DNA of 64,000 nt from Rhodopila sp. (lineage in GTDB: Bacteria; Pseudomonadota; Alphaproteobacteria; Acetobacterales; Acetobacteraceae): the NCBI GenBank assembly GCA_050010355.1, contig JBEKLE010000007.1:3976-67975 (forward strand). Direction: 5' to 3'. The position numbers and the translations under genes are program-made. Position 1 is the stretch's first letter; the number at the start of each line of letters is the position of its first letter. The notes under the pieces were generated by a model. The model saw only the letters and a list, made by a program, of their open reading frames with translations. It ran no database searches and had not been told where the DNA came from. Shown here piece after piece: positions 58,701-64,000 of this stretch.

Positions 58701-60582
58701 TGTAGATGCCGTCGGCGGCGTCATAGTGGGGGTCAGCGCCGCCGCTGCTGCTCAGGACGCCATCGTTGGCGTCGGACAGCGTCACCTTCACATTCTCGGT
58801 CTGGCCATAATTGGCATCGGCGATCGTTACATTGGCAAATGGCTTGACTGTCCCCTGATCGGAAATCACCTGATTTGCTGATGCGCCGCTGATCGTCGGC
58901 ACATTGGTCCCGGCGGTGGCGATGACCGTTGTGGTGTTGTCGGTTGCACTTTTTGTCGCGGTGTCGGTGTCACTGATGGTGAAACGGGTGGCGATCGTCA
59001 GACCGGGATTGATCTGACCTTGCGTCGGTGTGAACACCAGCCCATCCAGGGCGGCGGTGACGGCGGAGGCAGAACCGCTGTCAGTATAGACACCCGAGCC
59101 TGCGATGTAGGTGCCGCCGCCGAGATTTGTCAGGGTGCCGTTCGCCGCCGCGGACAAGGTCACGCTCACGAACTCGGTCTGCGCCAAATTTGTATCGCCG
59201 ATGGCGACCCCGGCAAACGACGTGATCGTTGCGTGGTCCGACGTTGTCTGTCCAGCGACGCTGCCGCTGATCGTCGGGGGCGCAAGAATGGTGACGACAG
59301 ACCCGCTGGCGATGAAGCTGTCACCGGCATAGGAACCAGCCAGGAGCAGCGATGCGACCGTCTGGCTGCCGGCGTTCCTGACAACCAGGGTTCCCAGGTT
59401 GAGGATGGCGCTCGCGGCGGCCAGACCTTGCAGGATGAACCTGCCGCCCATTCCCGCAACGATCGTGCCCGCGAACGCCGCCGGCGTTGCCAGAATGAGC
59501 GTGTCGCCGCCGCCATTCACGGTGATCGTCTGGCCGGCCGACACGCTGTTGAGCAGGAGTGTTGCCTCGGTTGGATCACCGCCGGTCGAGGCGTTCTTAT
59601 CGAACGCCACGGCACCGGTGCCGGTCAGGCTGCCAAGCACATCCAAGGTGCCGCCGATCGTGCCACCAAGGGCGATCACCGTGCCGTTGTTGGAGATCGA
59701 ACCGGCGATCGTTCCGTAACCTTGAACAATACCGCCGTTGATGTTGATCCCGCCGGCGACGGAGACCGTTCCAGCCTGCAGGTTGAGCATGGCGGGGCCA
59801 AAAAAGCTGTCGCCGATGGCTTCGTCGATCGTCACCGAACCGCTGGTGGTGTAGTTGCGGCCGCCGAGAACATCCACCGTGCCGCCCGCACCAATATCCC
59901 GCAATGTGGTTTCGACAGCAACGAGTGTGGAACCGTTCCATTCATTTATTGCGGCGGTCGTGCCGGACAATGTCAGTTCAGTGTAACCGAATATTCCGGC
60001 CACAGTGGCAATGCTGACGATCTGGCCCGCGGATGCGCTGCCAAGATTGATGGTGGCCGCCGAACCCGTGGCGTTGAATATGCCATCGATGAGGGTGTTG
60101 CCGGTGACGTCGCCGATCGGCGCTGCGATGGTCACCGTCCCGCCAAGCGCCTCAATCTCGTTGCTTATGTAGACGCTGTTGGTGCCGGAGAGGAGCAGCG
60201 TGCCCTGGGCCTGGATGAACGCATTCAGGGTGCCGGCATTTAGAATCGCAGCGTTGGCGCCGGCCTGCTCATGCACGTTTGTCTGCGCCGAACCGAGAAA
60301 TGCCCCGGCCGATCCGGCGGCAAAGATGAGCGTTCCGTCCAGTTCCAGTTTGGCCGCAGCGTAGGGCGCCTGATACGATCCGGTGAAATTGTTGGTACCG
60401 TTCATGCTCAGGCTGTGAACGGTCTCGGTTTCGCCAGACGCAATGGTGACCGTGTAGGCAAGCGTCGTCGCGGCGTCGATCGTCACATCGGACGTGGCCG
60501 CGTTGGGCACCGATGTTGGGATCCAAAGGGTGCCGGTGTTCCAATCACCGCTTGCGTTGGCAGCCCAACTGAAGATCGCCAT
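55759..60582 (-). CDS. Large surface/secreted repeat protein with seven ~105-aa Ig-like repeats and C-terminal DUF4214 domains
   Basis: Seven PTI(S/G)G...PF..V.I.D.N..QTE.VTVTLS..NG.L...GG.Y...G...AVT.AL..LVF.PT units; RLY.AAL.R.PD..G..YW and FV..LYQNVL.R motifs twice; no classical signal peptide; GGAG RBS. Confidence 0.85.
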   Translation of the reverse strand: MAIFSWAANASGDWNTGTLWIPTSVPNAATSDVTIDAATTLAYTVTIASGETETVHSLSMNGTNNFTGSYQAPYAAAKLELDGTLIFAAGSAGAFLGSAQTNVHEQAGANAAILNAGTLNAFIQAQGTLLLSGTNSVYISNEIEALGGTVTIAAPIGDVTGNTLIDGIFNATGSAATINLGSASAGQIVSIATVAGIFGYTELTLSGTTAAINEWNGSTLVAVETTLRDIGAGGTVDVLGGRNYTTSGSVTIDEAIGDSFFGPAMLNLQAGTVSVAGGININGGIVQGYGTIAGSISNNGTVIALGGTIGGTLDVLGSLTGTGAVAFDKNASTGGDPTEATLLLNSVSAGQTITVNGGGDTLILATPAAFAGTIVAGMGGRFILQGLAAASAILNLGTLVVRNAGSQTVASLLLAGSYAGDSFIASGSVVTILAPPTISGSVAGQTTSDHATITSFAGVAIGDTNLAQTEFVSVTLSAAANGTLTNLGGGTYIAGSGVYTDSGSASAVTAALDGLVFTPTQGQINPGLTIATRFTISDTDTATKSATDNTTTVIATAGTNVPTISGASANQVISDQGTVKPFANVTIADANYGQTENVKVTLSDANDGVLSSSGGADPHYDAADGIYNVSGSASAVTSVLQGLVFTPTPHEAAPGQVVTTTFAIDDTDTASQFAVNRTTTVVTTETAVPPTISGASPGQAISDQATIKPFAAMVIADANVGQTETVTVTPSPGTVANGTLSGAGTYNTTTGVFTITGAASAVTAVLNALVFTPTLHQVAPGQTITTGFTVTDTDTALQSASNSTTSVITTAATVLPTISAAGGVTPTISDLGTIAPFFDVVIADANFGQTETVTVTLSLSTNGSLTNLGGGTYKAVNGVYRAVGTTSQVTAAVDALVFNPTPHLVAPGGTIATNFTIHDIDTALQTATDTSRTVVTQASTSLPTIGGTVGGQTIGSQGTIAPFANVLIGDVNFGQTETVTVTLSVPANGTLINLDGGTYNAANGVYAIIGSAIAVTNALDGLIFAQSQGTQVLTRFTITDIDTAGQQADTDSTTTVTGTVTAVAPTIGGTVSGQPVSDQGTVLPFANVVIGDGNPGQTETVTITLSSAGGGTLTNLGGGSYNSGVYTDVGTPAAVTTALEGLVFTPTAHQVAPGNTVTTTFTISDTDSAQQTATDSMTTVIATATAVLPTISGTAGGWTTTDEASIAPFVGVVIADANAGQAETVTVTLSAAANGALTDVDGGTYNASTGVYAVTGSAAAVTATLQALVFVPTRAEVAGGQTVTTGFNLSVTDTAGASAVDTATTVTTTAVTATAGEVILSGSSAQYIIANDNGTLYIQDTVAGRNGTQVLPGITVMSFTDGMALFDPTGTAEDISRLYEAALDRAPDLPGLQYWTGLVDDSNVPLSVVATDFTISLEFIQDYGSLSDTDFVDQLYQNVLGRPADATGLQDWTGLLASGGSRGTVLLGFAESAEFEADTLSGAGDNFNAEAYRLYGAALNRKPDPAGQAYWAADLASGATPTQVAQGFVGSAEFFQDYGALSISDFVTLLYQNVLHRAPDPVGRQDWTNFLVQGGSEASVLIGFSDSTENRLLTAGATHANWVFIPT

Positions 60583-60799
60583 CTGGTCTCTCCGGGGTGC
60601 TTCTCAAGGACTGCGTCATAAGCGGACGCAGTCCCGTGCAATCCGATGGGATGATAGGACGATTGGGTTAATGAAAGATTTATGCGGCCGGTACCACGCG
60701 CGAGCGAGGGCTACATGCCGGGGCATGTGACGCCGCTGGGAAAGTCAGGCCGACGTACCGATCCTGAGGCCTGGCGTCGTAGGCCGGCGTGCGCCCCTC

Positions 60800-61165
60800 T
60801 CAATCGCTCTCCCGCAGCACCTCGGTCTTCAGCGGCAACGCCGCGCCCATCCAGGTCGCGTTGAGGGTGTGGTCGTCACGCGGGCGCCCAGACTGGGGAT
60901 GCAGCAGGATCGTCAGTCCCATGCGGTTCATCATCAGGAACGGCGCCAGCGTCGGGAACTGATCCGGCGCGAACTGGATCTGATACATAGCGGTCGGGTG
61001 CGGTCCGACCGGCACGTCGTGCCAGCGTCCCATACGGACCGCGAACTTTTCCTCCACCCACTGGCGCAACAACGCCGCACGATCCCGGCTTTCGGGATCG
61101 TAGTAGACATGGGCATGATAATCGGTGATTCCAGCCGGATCGATGGGTGCGGGATTGGCCATCAC
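60800..61165 (-). CDS. DOPA 4,5-dioxygenase family protein
   Basis: YHAHVYY, VGPHPTAMYQ, LTILLHP, DDHT..ATWMG. Confidence 0.9.
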   Translation of the reverse strand: MMANPAPIDPAGITDYHAHVYYDPESRDRAALLRQWVEEKFAVRMGRWHDVPVGPHPTAMYQIQFAPDQFPTLAPFLMMNRMGLTILLHPQSGRPRDDHTLNATWMGAALPLKTEVLRESD

Positions 61166-62691
61166 ACGTCCTTCAGCAACAAGTGTTTCACATCGCGTTT
61201 CGTTACTTTACCGTAGCCAGACTTCGGCAACTCGGACCAGAAGACAAACTCCTGAGGCCATTTGTATTTCGCCAGTTTGCCGCCCAGGTGCGACAGCAAC
61301 TCATCCGGCGACGCGTCTGCCCCAGGCTCCAGCACCAGCACGGCGACGCCCGTCTCGCCCCATCTTTCGTGCGGCATGCCGACGACGCAGGCCTCGGCGA
61401 CGGCGGGATGCAGCAGCAGCGCTTCCTCGATCTCCCGCGGATACACGTTTGACCCGCCGGAGATATACATGTCCGACGCCCGCCCGGTGATATAGACGAA
61501 CCCCCGCGCGTCCATGTGGCCGAGGTCCCCGGTGTGGAACCAGCCATGCTCGGTGGCCTTCGCGATCGCCTCGACGTTGTCGTGATAACCGGCGAACACC
61601 CCGGGTCCGCGCACGCAAATTTCGCCCGTGGTGCCATCGGCAACCGGCTGGCCAGCCTCGTCCAGGATCGCAACGTCCATGCCGGTGCGCGGAAAACCGC
61701 AGCTTCCGACAGGCATTTCCCAGTCATTCTCACTGTGCAGCGCAGCAGGTAGCACGGTGATGTTGCCGGTGACCTCGCCCATGCCGAAATACTGCACCAG
61801 CACCTTGCCCAGTTTGCGTAGCGCATGCACCTGATCGGCGCGGTACATCGGCGCACCGGCGTAGATGACATGGCGCAGACTGCTGTGATCGTAACGATCC
61901 ACCGAATCATGGCGCGTCAGCATCGTCAGGATCGTCGGCACAGCGAACATGTTCGTCACGCGATGCTTCTCGACCAGCCGCCACGCTTCCTCGCAATCGA
62001 GCCGCTCGCCGGACAGAATGATCGTCGCGGACCCGCGCGCGACCTGCGGCACGGCGTGAACCCCCGCACCGTGCGACAGCGGGGCCACAACAAGAGACGC
62101 GTCCTGTTCCGTCGTCGCCGGCATCAGGTCGCAGAGATGGTTGCAGACGACATAATCCATCTGCCCATGGGTCAGCACGCCCGCCTTCGGCCGCCCCGTG
62201 GTGCCGGAAGTATAGAAGAACCAGGCCGGATGGTCGCGGTCCACATCCGCGGGCCAGGTGACCGGCGTTGCAAACGCGGCGAGCGCCTCCCAGTCGTCCT
62301 CACCGCTGCCACCGATGGAAATCTCCAGACTGCAAGAAGGGTTTTCGGCGCGCGCCGCGGCGGCATGGTCCGGAAAGCCGGCATCGAAAACATGTGCCGA
62401 GGCGCCGGACGACCGAGCCAGATAGGCAACCTCGGGCGGGGTCAGGCGGAAATTGGTCGGCACCCAGACCGCACCGATCATCCATGACGCGAACATGGTT
62501 TCCAGCACGGCGTTGGAATTGCGCGCGTGCAGCAGAACCCGGTCGCCATGCCGCACACCGCGGGCCGCCAGCGCGCCCGCCGCCGACTGCACCCGGTCAC
62601 GGAACGAGTGCCAGCGCCAGACCTCATCACGCCAGACGATCGCCGGCCGGTCGGGAAACCGGCGAGCGGTCTGGATCAGCAGCGACGCCAA
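61162..62691 (-). CDS. Acyl-CoA synthetase (AMP-binding)
   Basis: FYTSGTTGRPKAG, VQYFGMGE, WFHTGDLG, SGGSNVYPREIE, LPKSGYGK; exact start uncertain. Confidence 0.92.
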   Translation of the reverse strand: MASLLIQTARRFPDRPAIVWRDEVWRWHSFRDRVQSAAGALAARGVRHGDRVLLHARNSNAVLETMFASWMIGAVWVPTNFRLTPPEVAYLARSSGASAHVFDAGFPDHAAAARAENPSCSLEISIGGSGEDDWEALAAFATPVTWPADVDRDHPAWFFYTSGTTGRPKAGVLTHGQMDYVVCNHLCDLMPATTEQDASLVVAPLSHGAGVHAVPQVARGSATIILSGERLDCEEAWRLVEKHRVTNMFAVPTILTMLTRHDSVDRYDHSSLRHVIYAGAPMYRADQVHALRKLGKVLVQYFGMGEVTGNITVLPAALHSENDWEMPVGSCGFPRTGMDVAILDEAGQPVADGTTGEICVRGPGVFAGYHDNVEAIAKATEHGWFHTGDLGHMDARGFVYITGRASDMYISGGSNVYPREIEEALLLHPAVAEACVVGMPHERWGETGVAVLVLEPGADASPDELLSHLGGKLAKYKWPQEFVFWSELPKSGYGKVTKRDVKHLLLKDV

Positions 62692-62705
62692 GTTCGCAGT
62701 CGGGA

Positions 62706-63878
62706 TCAGCGCAATGGCTCCAGGATCGAAACGTAATTGGCAACCGCCGCCCCGCCCATGTTGAACACCGCGCCAATGTCCGCCTTCGGCAACTGCATGC
62801 CACCCGGCGCCTCACCGGTAAGCTGCATGGCGGTGATCGCGTGCATCGACACCCCGGTGGCGCCGATCGGGTGACCCTTCGCCTTCAGCCCGCCCGACGG
62901 GTTGATCGGCAGCCGCCCATCCTTGGCCGTCCAGCCTTCCAGCACCGCCCTCGCACCCTGGCCCGGCGCGGTCAGCCCCATCGCCTCATATTCCAGCAGC
63001 TCGGCGATCGTGAAGCAGTCATGCGATTCGACGAACGACAGGTCGGTCAGCTTGATGTCCGCGGCCTCCAGAGCGCGCGCCCAGGCGTGGGCCGCGCCGT
63101 CGAACGCGGTAATGTCACGCTTGCTGATCGGCAGGAAGTCATTGACCTGCACAGCGGCCTTGAAGCGCACCGCCTTGCCCATGGCGCGCGCCGTGTCTTC
63201 GTCCGCCATGATCAGAGCAACGGCGCCGTCCGAGACCAGCGAACAGTCCGTGCGCTTCAGCGGCTGCGCCACGTAGGGGTTCTTCTCGCTGAGCGTGCGG
63301 CAGAAGTCGTAGCCGAGGTCCTTGCGCATCTGCGCAAAGGGATTGTCCACGCCGTTCTTGTGGTTCTTCGCCGCGATCGCGGCCAGCGCGTCCGACTGGT
63401 CGCCGTAGCGCTGAAAATACCGCTCCGCAATGCGACCAAACACCCCGGCGAAGCCAGCCGGAATCTCAGCCTCCTCCTTGTGATAGCTGGCTTTCAGCAG
63501 ATGGTCCCCGACGTCCTTGCCGGAGGTCGACGTCATCTTCTCAACCCCGATCACCAGGGCAAAGCGCCCGCGTCGCGACAAAAGGAAGTCCCGCGCGCCG
63601 TAAACCGCGGCGGAGCCCGAAGCGCACGCGTTCTCGAACCGCGTGATCGGCTTGAACCGCATTTCGGGCACGTGCTGCAGCACCAGTGACCCGGGAAAAT
63701 CCTGCGCCGAGAACCCGTTGTTGAACAGGCTGAGGAACGTCGCCTCGATTTCGTGCGGCGCGATACCGGCATCGGCAATCGCGGCGCCGGCGACCCGGCC
63801 GATCAGAGCCTCGATGTCGACGTCATCCAGCTTGCCGAACGGCGAGTGAGCCCAGCCAACGATGCAGGCTTCGGTCAT
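62706..63878 (-). CDS. Thiolase-family acetyl-CoA acetyltransferase (SCP2-thiolase-like)
   Basis: ENACASGSAA, VESHDCFT, NPSGGLKAKGHPIGATG; AGGAGG RBS before MTEAC. Confidence 0.92.
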   Translation of the reverse strand: MTEACIVGWAHSPFGKLDDVDIEALIGRVAGAAIADAGIAPHEIEATFLSLFNNGFSAQDFPGSLVLQHVPEMRFKPITRFENACASGSAAVYGARDFLLSRRGRFALVIGVEKMTSTSGKDVGDHLLKASYHKEEAEIPAGFAGVFGRIAERYFQRYGDQSDALAAIAAKNHKNGVDNPFAQMRKDLGYDFCRTLSEKNPYVAQPLKRTDCSLVSDGAVALIMADEDTARAMGKAVRFKAAVQVNDFLPISKRDITAFDGAAHAWARALEAADIKLTDLSFVESHDCFTIAELLEYEAMGLTAPGQGARAVLEGWTAKDGRLPINPSGGLKAKGHPIGATGVSMHAITAMQLTGEAPGGMQLPKADIGAVFNMGGAAVANYVSILEPLR

Positions 63879-64000
63879 GCGGATCCTCCTGAGGGTCGAT
63901 GTTCCGGACAATAACTTGGCAGAGGCCGAAAGGCGATGGGTCGTTTCCAGTTCCGCCGTGATCCGTCCTGGCGCCGCGACGTCCGCCATTGGTCGAGACG

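Overview
High-GC bacterial chromosomal window, probably an alphaproteobacterium (the Acetobacteraceae/Rhodopila-like assignment is an inference from gene content). Six blocks. (1) 1-25.6 kb: an envelope/sulfatase island with an arylsulfatase, an anaerobic sulfatase maturase, a Tat-exported 5'-nucleotidase, two paralogous outer-membrane barrels, two DUF202 proteins, DUF1622, OmpA, glycine-zipper lipoproteins, a Rap1a-like protein, DUF3300/DUF2950, lipocalin, cfa and an orphan lpxD, plus a group II intron 5' remnant and an IS1595 remnant. (2) 25.9-28.2 kb: a scar of gene and IS fragments. (3) 28.3-33.8 kb: a SWIM-SNF2 helicase and a TPP enzyme. (4) 33.9-42.9 kb: a fatty-acid beta-oxidation operon with a LiuR-like MerR regulator. 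(5) 43-55.5 kb: mixed stress and aromatic-catabolism genes, a HEPN-MNT toxin-antitoxin pair, an hpaB-cobW-amidohydrolase operon, pobA and many miniature repeats. (6) 55.8-64 kb: a 1607-aa repeat surface protein with DUF4214 domains, and a thiolase/acyl-CoA synthetase/DOPA-dioxygenase operon. Best observations: a peroxiredoxin-like gene whose active-site Cys codon is an in-frame TGA followed by a SECIS-like hairpin (candidate UxxC selenoprotein, split in two by the ORF track); a 171-bp MITE inserted in frame in the CobW GTPase, adding 57 aa; a GxxExxY nuclease gene flanked by inverted repeats and interrupted by a 102-bp MITE with a 4-bp target duplication; a strong internal Shine-Dalgarno just after the Tat signal of the nucleotidase; and at least five genes broken by short deletions or frameshifts.
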